From positions 4,350-68,349 of the forward strand of contig LCKO01000006.1 of assembly GCA_001001485.1 (NCBI GenBank): a DNA stretch of 64,000 nucleotides, given 5' to 3'. How positions within the stretch are numbered: the first letter of the stretch is position 1; each line of letters opens with the position of its first letter. A program made the translations under genes and the position numbers. This document shows, in pieces, positions 27,635 to 37,991 of this stretch. This DNA is from Candidatus Collierbacteria bacterium GW2011_GWB2_45_17 (lineage in GTDB: Bacteria; Patescibacteriota; Microgenomatia; UBA1400; MFAQ01). The notes under the pieces are model-generated. The model was not told where the DNA came from. It made no database searches and saw only the letters and a program-made list of their open reading frames with translations.

Positions 27635-29467
27635 TTATTTTTGATTGGATATCGGGAGGTAGGTCTTATTTCCCTCTGCGTCGGAGAAGAAAATAGTGCC
27701 GGAAGAGAAAATCTTCTCTTCTCTGATTTCGATGCCGGGTAGGAGATTTCTGTCGATTGTCTCCTTGTCAAGCGAAGGATGGAGTTCACCAATGAATCTG
27801 GGGAATTTATCCGGGATTACCTGTCTGAGGTCCTCGTCTATTAGTGGCTGGCCGATGATAGTCAGATTGGATAAGGCTAATAAATATTTTCCGTTTTCAC
27901 TCAATCTGGAGAAAACGACATACACATTTTTTTGCGTTCTCGCCTTGGCATTCTTGTCCGGGACAATTTCGATTTTGCCTGCCGGGTCGAAGCCGGGAGA
28001 GAGATGTTCCCACTTCCAAACTGTTTTCCACTGGTTGTGTTCGATGACAAAGTTTAGCTCTTGGTTACTACTAAATTCACCAAAGTCCGTCAGATACTTG
28101 GTATTTAATTTCCCCCGATGAATAGTGTCGGTATCGACAATATCGGTGATAGAAACTTCGATTTTTTTGACCCGTAAAGTAGTATAAAAGTTTTCTAAAA
28201 TAGATTGGAATTTATCTTCCGGAAACTGAGATCTGGTTTTCCGGTCGATACTGCGATAGAGCTCGCGATAGGCCCGGGTATTGAGGAAGTGAGACACGGG
28301 TTCGGTGTGGCCGGGTAAATTTCTAACTGTAAGTGTCGGCAGCAGTATTGAGAGATTGAGGAAAGCCAGGATAAGGATAACTGGCGTGAACTTCCGGAAA
28401 AAAAAGAGAATAAAGAGAATAAAGAGAGGAACAACAGGCATGAGGTAGCGCGCCCAAAAGGGAATGACGGTGTTGACGGCGAGAACTGCCATGCTAAAAA
28501 GAGTGAGATAGATCCAAAAATACTCTTTTTTCTTGAGACTTAAGGCAAATATCACAACTGAGAGGATAACTCCCAAAGGCAGGATGAGGGACCAGTCCCC
28601 CAGCCCAGTCTGAGCACCACCCACCCAAAAACCTTTGTAAATATTCAGAAAGATCCCCCGCCACTGATTGAGATAATCTATGGAATCAACGCCACTATGG
28701 AGATAAAAATCTAATGGCTTTTCGTGAAGCCGGAGCCATGGAATTGGATTTGGATGGTGAATGAAATAAGAGAAAAAAGAAATGACGTACCCGGCAAAGA
28801 CCGAAGATAAATACAGAAGAGTGTTCAAAAATTTTCGAGAACTTAAGAATACCAGAATCAAACCGATGAGCAGAGTCAGCGGAGTGTAAACTCCAATCTT
28901 GGTCCCGGTCGCGAGCCCGAGGAAAATGCCCGCCAAGATAAGGTCTTTCGGCGTGAATCTCTTAAAAAACTTAACAAAGAAAAGAGTGTGAAGAGCAAAG
29001 AGGGCTGTAAGAGGCAGATCCAGCATAGTTTCTTTGATCTGGGTGGCGATAAAAGGAGTGGTGATAAAGAGAAAAAGGCCGAGTAGGGCTGTAGTCCGAC
29101 CGACAAAGAGTTCAAGACAGAGTAAGTAGATTGCTAATCCCGTGAGGAGGTAAAAACCTAAACTAATCCAGTAGGGGTTCCCCATCGAGTATTCCGCCAG
29201 TCCATAGAGATACTTGGCAAAAGGGGGAACTTCGTAGTTGATGTTAAACGGATTTTCACCCTCCACTAGCCGATACCCGACAAACTTGTAGAGCTCGCCA
29301 TCGGAAATTCCCCGAGAACTCTGGGGAACGTTCCACTGAGAGTTGTAATAATAGTTTTCGTAGTACTCGGGATTGTATTTGTAAAAGAAAATCTGTCGGG
29401 AGAAGTAAAGAATGGAAACCGTGACTAGACCAATGAGAAAGAGGAGAATTACGTCTAGTTTTTTCAC
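27635..29467 (-). CDS. GT-C glycosyltransferase fused to an NTF2-like (MecA_N-like) extracytoplasmic region
   Basis: NYEVPPFAKY and GLATGTK in the N-terminal part; YRELY..TDFGE..FVIEHNQWKTVW in the C-terminal part. Confidence 0.65.
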   Translation of the reverse strand: MKKLDVILLFLIGLVTVSILYFSRQIFFYKYNPEYYENYYYNSQWNVPQSSRGISDGELYKFVGYRLVEGENPFNINYEVPPFAKYLYGLAEYSMGNPYWISLGFYLLTGLAIYLLCLELFVGRTTALLGLFLFITTPFIATQIKETMLDLPLTALFALHTLFFVKFFKRFTPKDLILAGIFLGLATGTKIGVYTPLTLLIGLILVFLSSRKFLNTLLYLSSVFAGYVISFFSYFIHHPNPIPWLRLHEKPLDFYLHSGVDSIDYLNQWRGIFLNIYKGFWVGGAQTGLGDWSLILPLGVILSVVIFALSLKKKEYFWIYLTLFSMAVLAVNTVIPFWARYLMPVVPLFILFILFFFRKFTPVILILAFLNLSILLPTLTVRNLPGHTEPVSHFLNTRAYRELYRSIDRKTRSQFPEDKFQSILENFYTTLRVKKIEVSITDIVDTDTIHRGKLNTKYLTDFGEFSSNQELNFVIEHNQWKTVWKWEHLSPGFDPAGKIEIVPDKNAKARTQKNVYVVFSRLSENGKYLLALSNLTIIGQPLIDEDLRQVIPDKFPRFIGELHPSLDKETIDRNLLPGIEIREEKIFSSGTIFFSDAEGNKTYLPISNQK

Positions 29468-29487
29468 TCCCTAAGTTTAGCAAACTT

Positions 29488-30552
29488 TCAGAGGAGCGAG
29501 GTAAGTTTTTTATTGAACTCGGAGATAGAAAATGTTTTGGCTCGAGCGATAGCCCCTTTGGACATCGCTTCTAAAGCTTGAAGATTTTTAATAAGATGCT
29601 GGGTGGCTGAAGCAATTTCGTCGGGTGTGTTACAAAGTACTCCCGAGTTTTCGGTGATAATTTCTTTCTGGCCACCTTTGTTGATGACTAGGGGGATACA
29701 ACCGGCGGACATGGCCTCGACCGTGGCCATGCCGAAGTGCTCGACTTTTTCGGGATCGGTTTGCTCATTAATTTCGTAACCGGCGGCATGCCAGAAGAAC
29801 TTGGCTTGAGAATAGAGCTTCTTTAATTCGTTAAAGTCAGGGTTGGTTATAAATTCAACAGACAGACCTTTGGCGAGATTTTTTAACTTTTTGATAGTTG
29901 CCTCATCCCCTATCAATCCACCGGCTAAAATTAATTTATAGCCTTTGGTTTTTCCGGATAGTATTTTAAATGATTCGATTAGAGCATCTTGACGTTTGCT
30001 ATGAGAAGGGGAGTCAAAACGGGCAACAGAGAGAATCAAATTCTCTTTTTTCCCCGACTTAAAGCTTTCGGTATCGATCGGGGGATAAAGGACAAAACCC
30101 TTATCTTTTTGTAAATTCTTTTCTAAGACATTTCTGGTAAATTCAGAGTTGTAGACAAACTTTCGGACGAAGACAGTCTTTAGATTATTGATGATGCTGT
30201 TACTGCCCAGTTTTTTGAAGGGAACCTGAAAGTGTATCAGATTGTTTTTCGAGAATAAAAAGGGGAGACTGCCGTCGCTCACCCAGAAAATTAGATCGAA
30301 GTCTTTGGTAAATTTCAGTCTTTCGGCATAATCGGTTTTCTGGCTACAGAGGTCGTAGATCCCCTGATCGAGAGTGATTTTGGACAGATCGAGTCCAAAA
30401 CGAGTTTCCGCGGCTAGAAGATCATTTTTGGCTGGCCAGGCAAGAACGACCGAGTAACCATTTTGAATTAGTCCTAAAGCAAAGGTAAGCACGTAGCGCT
30501 CCCCTCCTCCGAGAGTGTCAATGTAGGGATCGTAAATTAAAGCTTTTTTCAT
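29488..30552 (-). CDS. GT4 glycosyltransferase
   Basis: TLGGGERY and EHFGMATVEAM motifs. Start taken at MKKALI. Confidence 0.9.
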   Translation of the reverse strand: MKKALIYDPYIDTLGGGERYVLTFALGLIQNGYSVVLAWPAKNDLLAAETRFGLDLSKITLDQGIYDLCSQKTDYAERLKFTKDFDLIFWVSDGSLPFLFSKNNLIHFQVPFKKLGSNSIINNLKTVFVRKFVYNSEFTRNVLEKNLQKDKGFVLYPPIDTESFKSGKKENLILSVARFDSPSHSKRQDALIESFKILSGKTKGYKLILAGGLIGDEATIKKLKNLAKGLSVEFITNPDFNELKKLYSQAKFFWHAAGYEINEQTDPEKVEHFGMATVEAMSAGCIPLVINKGGQKEIITENSGVLCNTPDEIASATQHLIKNLQALEAMSKGAIARAKTFSISEFNKKLTSLL

Positions 30553-31355
30553 GATTTTTTCTCTTCCCATTCGGCGAGAATCTGTTTGTCGATGTTATCA
30601 TAAGTCTCTTTAAGTGTCGGTTTTCTTTGCATCTCCCAAAGACGCTCGTAGGTGATGAACTTACTGAACATCTGGTAAATAATTTCGACCCAGCCCTCAG
30701 TACCATCTCTCCAAAGTCTTTGCTTAACTGCTCTACTCCAAAACTCGGTCAGAATTATCCGGATGAATCGCCAACCGGCCATAGGAGGATGGTGGGCATC
30801 GAGGAGTAGGTTGGCTTCCGTCTTCGACCACTCCAAAGTGTTGGAGAGTTTTTCGTCAATGTTTTTATGAGAAAGGTGAACCATTTGCTGTTTGAGTTTT
30901 CCAGTGGTGCCGGTCAATTTTGGTTGTTCATGAAGACGGCCTTCCCAGCGCTTAAGGGCGACTCTTTTCATTAATCTCAAAACACGAGGGTCGGGCCAGT
31001 GGTCAAGGTGTTTACCTAAAAAGATTTCATAGCGACTGATGGTATAGGCGGAGTGTTCCGGTTTGTTGATAGTATCGATAATTTCTTTGGCTAGTTTGAC
31101 AGGAACTCTTTCGTCCGAATCAAGGTACAAGAGCCATTCTCCTTTGGCTGTCTTAGCTCCATCGTTGCGCCACTTGGCAAAACTGTCCCCGGTCGTGTGG
31201 ACGATTTTGGTGCCAAATTTTCGACAGATATCAAGAGTGCTGTCCGTAGACCCGGTATTGACCACTATGATCTCATCGGCGAATTGCGAAGATTTTATGG
31301 CAGGGATAATTTCGTGAGCTACGTTTCGGACGAGAATGATGACAGATAGTTTCAT
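30549..31355 (-). CDS. GT2 glycosyltransferase
   Basis: YLDSDER and WPD..LRL..LHE motifs. Start at MKLSV (31355). Confidence 0.85.
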   Translation of the reverse strand: MKLSVIILVRNVAHEIIPAIKSSQFADEIIVVNTGSTDSTLDICRKFGTKIVHTTGDSFAKWRNDGAKTAKGEWLLYLDSDERVPVKLAKEIIDTINKPEHSAYTISRYEIFLGKHLDHWPDPRVLRLMKRVALKRWEGRLHEQPKLTGTTGKLKQQMVHLSHKNIDEKLSNTLEWSKTEANLLLDAHHPPMAGWRFIRIILTEFWSRAVKQRLWRDGTEGWVEIIYQMFSKFITYERLWEMQRKPTLKETYDNIDKQILAEWEEKKS

Positions 31356-31356
31356 A

Positions 31357-32262
31357 TTATTTTTTCCAACTCCCCCAGCCGAATTTTTTGGTGAAGTAGT
31401 CTCTGACCGCGATTTTTTGAGCGGGGGTACCGATAATAAGTTTTTTAATTGCTTCGCGAAGAAGGGCAATTTTGGTACGAGTGCGGGCATAGGTAAATCC
31501 GAATAAAAGTCTGTTCCGAGTAAGAAAATAATCATTTAAAGGAGAACCAATTCCCGAACTCTGAGCCACTTTATGACCGATTTTAATTTGTGGGTCGACG
31601 AGCAATTTATAACCGGCTTTTTTAACGCGAAGACACAGATCTGAGTCTTCGAAGTAAAGACAGTATCTTTCGTCAAAAAGGCCGACTTTTTCTAAGATTT
31701 CGGCCCTGACAATAAAGAGACAGCCTGTGACAAAATCGGTATTTCTAATTTGGTCGAATTGGCCCTTGTCGACTTCGTCTACACCTATGTGGCTGGCATA
31801 GACATTGTCCCAGTCGTGTTTCCCGCCTGCGTACCAGATGACTTTTCCCAAATCTTCTTTTTGGTAATTTTCTTTAAATTCAAAACCTTTGGAAAAGTAG
31901 ATAAGACCTCCAACAACTCCGATATTTTCATCACTAATGGGTGAATTAAGAATATTTGTCACGAAGTCAGCCGGAACAACGGTATCGTTATTTATGAGAA
32001 CTATAATATCTGCCTTATCTTTGAGGGCGCGTTTCATACCGAGGTTGTTGCCAGCGGCAAAACCAATGTTTCCCGGGGAATCTAGGTAGATGGCGTGTTT
32101 GAATTTGCCCAGATTCTTCTTGAGGTTTTTCGAGAGGGAGTTGTCCACACAGTAAATAACAATCTCAACGCCTTTGGGTAAGATATTGGCTTCGAGTTGA
32201 GTGACTACCTCAATGGTATCCTCGTCACTGTGAAAACCAACCGTAATAAAGGCAATTTTCAT
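31357..32262 (-). CDS. GT2 glycosyltransferase
   Basis: NIGFAAGNN, INND and FDERYCLYFED motifs. Confidence 0.88.
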   Translation of the reverse strand: MKIAFITVGFHSDEDTIEVVTQLEANILPKGVEIVIYCVDNSLSKNLKKNLGKFKHAIYLDSPGNIGFAAGNNLGMKRALKDKADIIVLINNDTVVPADFVTNILNSPISDENIGVVGGLIYFSKGFEFKENYQKEDLGKVIWYAGGKHDWDNVYASHIGVDEVDKGQFDQIRNTDFVTGCLFIVRAEILEKVGLFDERYCLYFEDSDLCLRVKKAGYKLLVDPQIKIGHKVAQSSGIGSPLNDYFLTRNRLLFGFTYARTRTKIALLREAIKKLIIGTPAQKIAVRDYFTKKFGWGSWKK

Positions 32263-32305
32263 TGTCTTAATTATACTGCCTATCGGTACGGTAAAAAAAT
32301 CCCCT

Positions 32306-33223
32306 TTATTTTAGGAGGCGGCGTTGGAGCTTGAGGAAGAAAGCTTCGGTTTTCGAACGGGAAGATTGGAGCTTGGAGGTAATAATCCAGTAACGGAATT
32401 CTTTGAATTTTTCCTTAAAAATGGTCTGCCAGAGAGGAGTGAACTCTCTTTCCTTGATGGGTTTTTGGTCTTCAGACTGCCAGACCTTGAGATAGATAAG
32501 TAGGATGGAGAAAAACTGGAGCAGAGCCATGATGAGACCGTGAAGACCATCTTTGTAGCCTTCACCGGCAAAGAAGCGGGAGAGAAATTCACCAAGGGGT
32601 TTTTTTACTAAATCAGCCGGATCAAACACATAGCCGGACTTGATCAGCTCTTTGGCTTGCTGGGTTGAGTAGCGAAGAGAGCGGGTAAAATATTCGTCAA
32701 TGGTGCGATAGTGGTGGTGTTCTATGGCAAAATCAGAGTCGTCCTGCAGATTGAAGCCATTACCGAAGGTTATCGGAACGGAATGGATCTCATCTTGCCA
32801 CTCGACCGAATCCTTTTTGAAAAAACGAATATTGTAGTCCGGCCACCAGCGTGAATGCTGAAGCCACTGGCCAAAAACCAAGTTTTTCCTGGGGATCCGA
32901 ACAAAGTCCAGCTCGTTCCGATCCGCAATCTCGATTAGCTTGGCGGCGAGAGTTTTGGGAACACGCTCGTCGGCATCGATAATCAGAATCCAGTCTCCCA
33001 GTGCTTTTTTGATGGCGAAGTTTCTGGCCGGTTCGACAAAACCGACAGCCTGATGATCATAAATCCGATCGGTAAACTGCTGAGCTATCTCCTTGGTGTT
33101 GTCCGATGATTCCATGTCCACGACAACAATTTCATCACAGAACTTTAGAGTCTTCAGACAATCAAAGAGATTTTCAGATTCGTTTCTAGTATTGACAACT
33201 GCTGAAATTTTTATCTTGGACAT
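32306..33223 (-). CDS. GT2 glycosyltransferase
   Basis: VDMESSD, IDADER and WWPDYNIRFF motifs. Confidence 0.88.
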   Translation of the reverse strand: MSKIKISAVVNTRNESENLFDCLKTLKFCDEIVVVDMESSDNTKEIAQQFTDRIYDHQAVGFVEPARNFAIKKALGDWILIIDADERVPKTLAAKLIEIADRNELDFVRIPRKNLVFGQWLQHSRWWPDYNIRFFKKDSVEWQDEIHSVPITFGNGFNLQDDSDFAIEHHHYRTIDEYFTRSLRYSTQQAKELIKSGYVFDPADLVKKPLGEFLSRFFAGEGYKDGLHGLIMALLQFFSILLIYLKVWQSEDQKPIKEREFTPLWQTIFKEKFKEFRYWIITSKLQSSRSKTEAFFLKLQRRLLK

Positions 33224-33226
33224 GGG

Positions 33227-36200
33227 TTAGTTAAATTTATATATGTTAATTTCTCCCGAGTCAAAGATTTTCTTTAAGTTTAAGTCTCCCGGATGGAGTT
33301 TAAGTTTTTGGAGAGGAGTTTCGTAGACGTACAAAATGTTGTTTTTGGTTAAAAACTCTATCCCCCATTGTTTATCCTCAGTATTGTAGAGACGCTGGAT
33401 GTCTCTAGCCTTTTCTTTGTAATCAAAGCCGGTGATATCTAAGTTAATAGTATCCGAAAGGAATTCCGGTCGTCCTGAGATGGCTGAAATGTAAGCGGTG
33501 AAGACGTAGGAGTAGAGAGGTTTGGGGGCATAGATTGATCTTGAATCGTTTTGGTTGAATAACGGAGACAAGACGATACCTTTTGGCTGATCTCTAAGTT
33601 TATCCAAAGCAAGCAGTTCGGTGTAACTGATTCGTGAAGCAGAGAAGAAACCAATGTAGTCTTTTAGAGTACCGACCGAAGTTAGAATGGCGAGGAAGAG
33701 CACGGGAACTAGAAGATAAATATTTAACTTAGATAGAGCTTTGGCGGTGAAGATGGCGAGAAAGAAAAGAGCGTAGTACATAAACTGAATGGTGTTCCAA
33801 GGATTGACGTTTTGAATAAACAAAGTGGGAAGAAGTAAACCAAAAAGGATGATCCAACGAACGATAGTTTCCGAAGAGGTAACGGATTTTGTTTTGTAGA
33901 TCTCAAATAGTCCAATAAGGCGCAGGCCAAGGTTACCGAGTAAAAAGACGGCTAAGGCAAAAAGATTAACCAAACCCAGTTTGACAAAGTTACCGGAGGC
34001 CTCGTAAGCTTGCCAAGCAGACACTAGTTGTGGCCAGTAGAAACGATCGAAGGAAGCGAAGAGACTTCTGGGAAACCATAGAGGAGAAAATAGAAAAGGT
34101 GCCGTTCCCCCAAGAGTGATGAAGGGCAGAGATATCAAGCCGCCGAGAAGTAGGACTCCAAAGAATAGTTTATATTTCCGTGAAAAAAGAAGAGCGCCGA
34201 GAAGAAGAATAAAAGCATAAATTTTTGTTTGGGAGAGGAGGGCACCGAGGAGGAAGAGGGAAAAGAGAGTTGTCAGTTTATAGTTCTCAGTTCTCAGATT
34301 GTGGTTCGTGGGGATGGATTCCCGATCAGGTCGGGAATGACTTTGGTGAAGATTGAGGAAGAGAAGGAGGACGACGATGGAGAGGGCGAAGGGGGGGTTT
34401 AAAAAAATGGAAACAGATTGATTGGACCAGAAAGCGGATTCTCCGGAAAAGATGTCCTGACCGTTTAGGAGTTTGGGAATAAAACCGAAAGACCCGGCTA
34501 AAAATATCAAGACTAAAGCCAGTAACCTTTCTGCGCGGGAGTAATTCCAGCTCTTGAGCAATTTATCGAGAAGAAAAATAATCGCAAGGCCGGTAAGGAC
34601 CGGAAAAATCATGAAGTAAAAATTGATAGCCGAGACTCCGAAAATTTTGACAATAATTCCGGAAAGGAAATCAAAAATAAAGTGATAGTTGGATATCTTT
34701 TCTCCGGCTATTTGAGGATGAGAAAGACTAAAGGGAGCACCGGCGAACTTTTCGATCATAGATAAATGGAAAACGGCGTCGTGACCGTTTGGTCCCCAAA
34801 AGCCCATACCAAATGACTGGAGGGTACCGCTCCTAATAACGGTTAGTGAAGCGAGAAGGGCGACGGAGATGCCAATTATCAAGGTGGAGTGAGATTTACC
34901 CGCAAGGGGTATCCAGGAGAGCCACGTCGGAGTACCTTCTCGCAATGACGAACCTTTTGACCTTTTTATTTTTTTTGCTACGAAGATTGTAATTAGAACA
35001 ATTAATAGCCAGAAGAGCCAGGTATAGGAGTTGGTATTTTTGAAGGGGGTAAACGGAGTTAAGTTCCAAGTGGTGATATTCTTCTCTCTGCCAACCTTAA
35101 TGTCTTTGGAAGTGATGGCTGGTGCCGTAAAACCGGAGAAGGAAATTTTGTCAGGAAATAAAGTCAGTGTTTTGTTTTCCAGTTGGAAAGAAATTTCCCA
35201 GTTGTCCCATTGTTTGGAATGTATAGGAGTAGCTTTCTCCATATCTATAGACATGATTAGCTCAGAGCCAGGAAACTTGATGGAGTCGATGACTGCTGGA
35301 ATTTCGTGGAAGAGATCGAGACTTTGATTTGGAGTAGCGAAGTTGTCTTCATAAATGTCTCGGTTGTAGACGCGGAAGTCGATTATCTTGGTTTCTCCAT
35401 TAACCGATTTAAGGCCGATTCTGTAAAAAGGACTTTGGTACCAAAAGACTTTACCCGGGTCGGTTAGCTTAAGGTCGGTAGATTGATAGAAATAAGCCGG
35501 TGAACTAACCGGATAGCGGGCTTTAAACCAGTCACCAAAGTCCGAAAGAGAGATTGGATGAAGACTAAATTTGTCGTGATTTTTTTTGAGGGTGATAAAA
35601 ACATTTTTAATTTCGTCTTTATAGTTCGGAAGGTAATAATCGTTTTCCAAGCCGATGTTGACATAGGTAAATTCATTAAAGAACTTCTGCTCGTATTGAT
35701 TGATAAGTTTTTCGAAGTACTTGGTGTCTTGACCCATGTTCAAGTAATCATTGACTTGGACGGAATAAGCCGACTCCGATCTGTAGCCATAAAAATTAAA
35801 GAGGTCTCTTTGTGCCCAACGAACCATGGCTAAATCGACCCGATTTTCTTTACTTGAGGCAGGAATCAAAGAATTATTTTTGTCCGGGAAGTAAGGACTA
35901 CCGAGATACCCGCCCCATAGACGATATTTGTCGGTGGAGTATTGATCGTCGCAGTTCATGGCGGTCAAGACCGAGTACTTGGACTGGAGATACTGGAGTG
36001 AGTAACTATCTAGATGCCAAGCAGAGACAGACTTGGGATAAGAACCGAAACGAGCGAAGAAAGCATTCATGTAGGTATCGATCAGCTTGATTCTGTCTTG
36101 AATGGTGTAACCGGAGAGAAAAATGCGATTGGCGTTAAAAATAGAAATTCCGGGAGGATATGAAATGTTGGTAGCCTCTGTTAGTTTAGGGGTGATCTCC

Positions 36201-36499
36201 AAGAAAGCTCCGAGAGATTGATTTTTGTCCGTCTCTACAAGATTATTAAAGAAAGCCGACATGGTAGCGTCTTGTACCGCGTCGTATCGCAGAAGCCAAG
36301 TGATGGGAAAAGCTGAATGGGTAGATTCATTGTATTGATAGAGTGGAAGAGCCAATGGGTCTTGACCAGGAGTTTGCCAACCTTCAGTTCCTCGAATGGG
36401 ATTGGCAAAGGTAACAAAAGTTTCCGGCTTGAAAGCTAGAGCTTGTCCGGTAGCCGCAAAGAAAAAGAGAGCTAGGAGGATAAATATTTTTCTAAGCAT
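33227..36499 (-). CDS. Large fusion: secreted glycoside-hydrolase/deacetylase-like barrel domain plus a GT-C-like membrane domain
   Basis: Signal peptide at MLRKIF; PITWLLRYD and FGSYPKSVSAW; then GPNGHDAVFH and a multi-TM region. Confidence 0.6.
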   Translation of the reverse strand: MLRKIFILLALFFFAATGQALAFKPETFVTFANPIRGTEGWQTPGQDPLALPLYQYNESTHSAFPITWLLRYDAVQDATMSAFFNNLVETDKNQSLGAFLEITPKLTEATNISYPPGISIFNANRIFLSGYTIQDRIKLIDTYMNAFFARFGSYPKSVSAWHLDSYSLQYLQSKYSVLTAMNCDDQYSTDKYRLWGGYLGSPYFPDKNNSLIPASSKENRVDLAMVRWAQRDLFNFYGYRSESAYSVQVNDYLNMGQDTKYFEKLINQYEQKFFNEFTYVNIGLENDYYLPNYKDEIKNVFITLKKNHDKFSLHPISLSDFGDWFKARYPVSSPAYFYQSTDLKLTDPGKVFWYQSPFYRIGLKSVNGETKIIDFRVYNRDIYEDNFATPNQSLDLFHEIPAVIDSIKFPGSELIMSIDMEKATPIHSKQWDNWEISFQLENKTLTLFPDKISFSGFTAPAITSKDIKVGREKNITTWNLTPFTPFKNTNSYTWLFWLLIVLITIFVAKKIKRSKGSSLREGTPTWLSWIPLAGKSHSTLIIGISVALLASLTVIRSGTLQSFGMGFWGPNGHDAVFHLSMIEKFAGAPFSLSHPQIAGEKISNYHFIFDFLSGIIVKIFGVSAINFYFMIFPVLTGLAIIFLLDKLLKSWNYSRAERLLALVLIFLAGSFGFIPKLLNGQDIFSGESAFWSNQSVSIFLNPPFALSIVVLLLFLNLHQSHSRPDRESIPTNHNLRTENYKLTTLFSLFLLGALLSQTKIYAFILLLGALLFSRKYKLFFGVLLLGGLISLPFITLGGTAPFLFSPLWFPRSLFASFDRFYWPQLVSAWQAYEASGNFVKLGLVNLFALAVFLLGNLGLRLIGLFEIYKTKSVTSSETIVRWIILFGLLLPTLFIQNVNPWNTIQFMYYALFFLAIFTAKALSKLNIYLLVPVLFLAILTSVGTLKDYIGFFSASRISYTELLALDKLRDQPKGIVLSPLFNQNDSRSIYAPKPLYSYVFTAYISAISGRPEFLSDTINLDITGFDYKEKARDIQRLYNTEDKQWGIEFLTKNNILYVYETPLQKLKLHPGDLNLKKIFDSGEINIYKFN
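34268..34341. repeat. In-frame heptamer array plus a GTCATTCCCG-type palindrome
   Basis: agttgtc agtttat agttctc agttctc agattgt ggttcgt (34268-34309) and ggattcccgatcaggtcgggaatgac (34316-34341). Confidence 0.8.
34885..34950. repeat. In-frame composite REP-like element with a nested 24-nt insert
   Basis: 34885-34929 is identical over 45 nt to 38697-38741. Confidence 0.9.
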
Positions 36500-37991
36500 G
36501 TTTAATCTTAAAGTAACTAAGGGTGTCCGTAAAAAATGATTTGCCTTCAAAAAAATAAATTGCTAGAGAATAAATGGCGGCCGAGCTCATGACGATCATG
36601 ATTAGAGCAGGAAAGGAGTTTATGAAACGGATAGTAAAAAATAAAAATGAGGACATGAAAGCAGTAGCGGCTAAGGGAGTTTTAACAATCGCTAAAAAAC
36701 TAAAATCGACATGTTTCTTGGCCATAAAAATGGTAACTATGGAAGAGGTAGCAATAATACCGGTGGCGTAAGCGACACCGAGGTAGCCGAATTTAATTGC
36801 CAGTAAGGGCATAATAGCCCAAGTGAGACCGGTCCACATGAGCATTAGTTTGAAAGTAGACTTGATGTGCCCGGTGGCATTTAACAGATTGGTGAGACTG
36901 GTACTGATACTGGCCCAGGCGGAGTTGTAGAGATAGATATAGAGAGGAATGATGGCGGGTAGCCATTTGGCGTAGTGGGGAATCAGGTGAGTCATGGGTG
37001 GTGCCACAAAACCCATGCCGGCGAGAATGGGGAAAGCCAAGAGGCACATGTACTTGAGACTGACTTCAACTGCTTTGGCCAGTTTTTCTTTGTCGTGTTG
37101 GAGTCTGGCAAAAGTCGGGAAGGAAACTTTGGTGAGATTGTCCATGACAATACGGAGAGGTAAACCGGCCCAGCGAGAAGCCCAGCCAAGGTAACCCAAG
37201 CCTGTAGTGCCGATGATCCTGGTTAGAATAATGGTCATGCCATCGTCTTTTAGGACAGCGAGAAAAGTATTGGCTTGGTAGGGTAAACCAAAACGAAGTA
37301 GATGAGAAAGAGACGGACGACTTATGCCAAATCTCGGTCTCCAAGGATAAACGAGGTACATGGCAACCAGGCCGACCACTCCCCTACCAAGAACGGCGTA
37401 AGTGAAAGCGGTAACCCCAAAACCTTGCCAAGCAAAGTAAACGGCTAAACTGTTGAAGGTGAGCGTTTCCAAAACTTGAGGGAGGATAAGTTTATTAAAC
37501 TTGATTTCTCTTTCGAGCATGATGGAAGGAATAGTTTTTAGAGAACTAAGGAAGAGTGAGACACCCATGGCATACAACAAGTACATGCCTGCTTGGTCTA
37601 TTTGGTACTGAGTCCGAATAATAGGAGAGAGGACAAAGAGAATAACAAGCAATGTCACGACTAAAACTTGCTGAACCGTAAAGGTGGTGGAAAGATCTTC
37701 TTTGGTAATGGCCTCTTTCTTTTGGATCAGAGCGGCGGCGAGACCAATATCGGAAAAATAGGCTAAGAAATTTACCACCGAAGAAACTAAATAAAATATC
37801 CCGTAAGTGTTGGGGTCTAGGAAAATAGTGAGCGCCAGGGTGGCGATGAAGGAGATTATTTGAACGATGAAAGTTCTAGATATGAGAGCCAAGACACCGG
37901 AAACAGAACGGCGTTTTACCTCTTGGAACTCTAGAGTCGATGGGGCGTCAGGGGAGTTCTGTCTGCCGGCAGACAGGATTTCATCGATCAT
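36492..37991 (-). CDS. Wzx/PST-family flippase
   Basis: LDPNTYGIF, FSDIGLAAALIQ and VSFPTFARLQ motifs. Confidence 0.85.
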   Translation of the reverse strand: MIDEILSAGRQNSPDAPSTLEFQEVKRRSVSGVLALISRTFIVQIISFIATLALTIFLDPNTYGIFYLVSSVVNFLAYFSDIGLAAALIQKKEAITKEDLSTTFTVQQVLVVTLLVILFVLSPIIRTQYQIDQAGMYLLYAMGVSLFLSSLKTIPSIMLEREIKFNKLILPQVLETLTFNSLAVYFAWQGFGVTAFTYAVLGRGVVGLVAMYLVYPWRPRFGISRPSLSHLLRFGLPYQANTFLAVLKDDGMTIILTRIIGTTGLGYLGWASRWAGLPLRIVMDNLTKVSFPTFARLQHDKEKLAKAVEVSLKYMCLLAFPILAGMGFVAPPMTHLIPHYAKWLPAIIPLYIYLYNSAWASISTSLTNLLNATGHIKSTFKLMLMWTGLTWAIMPLLAIKFGYLGVAYATGIIATSSIVTIFMAKKHVDFSFLAIVKTPLAATAFMSSFLFFTIRFINSFPALIMIVMSSAAIYSLAIYFFEGKSFFTDTLSYFKIKHA

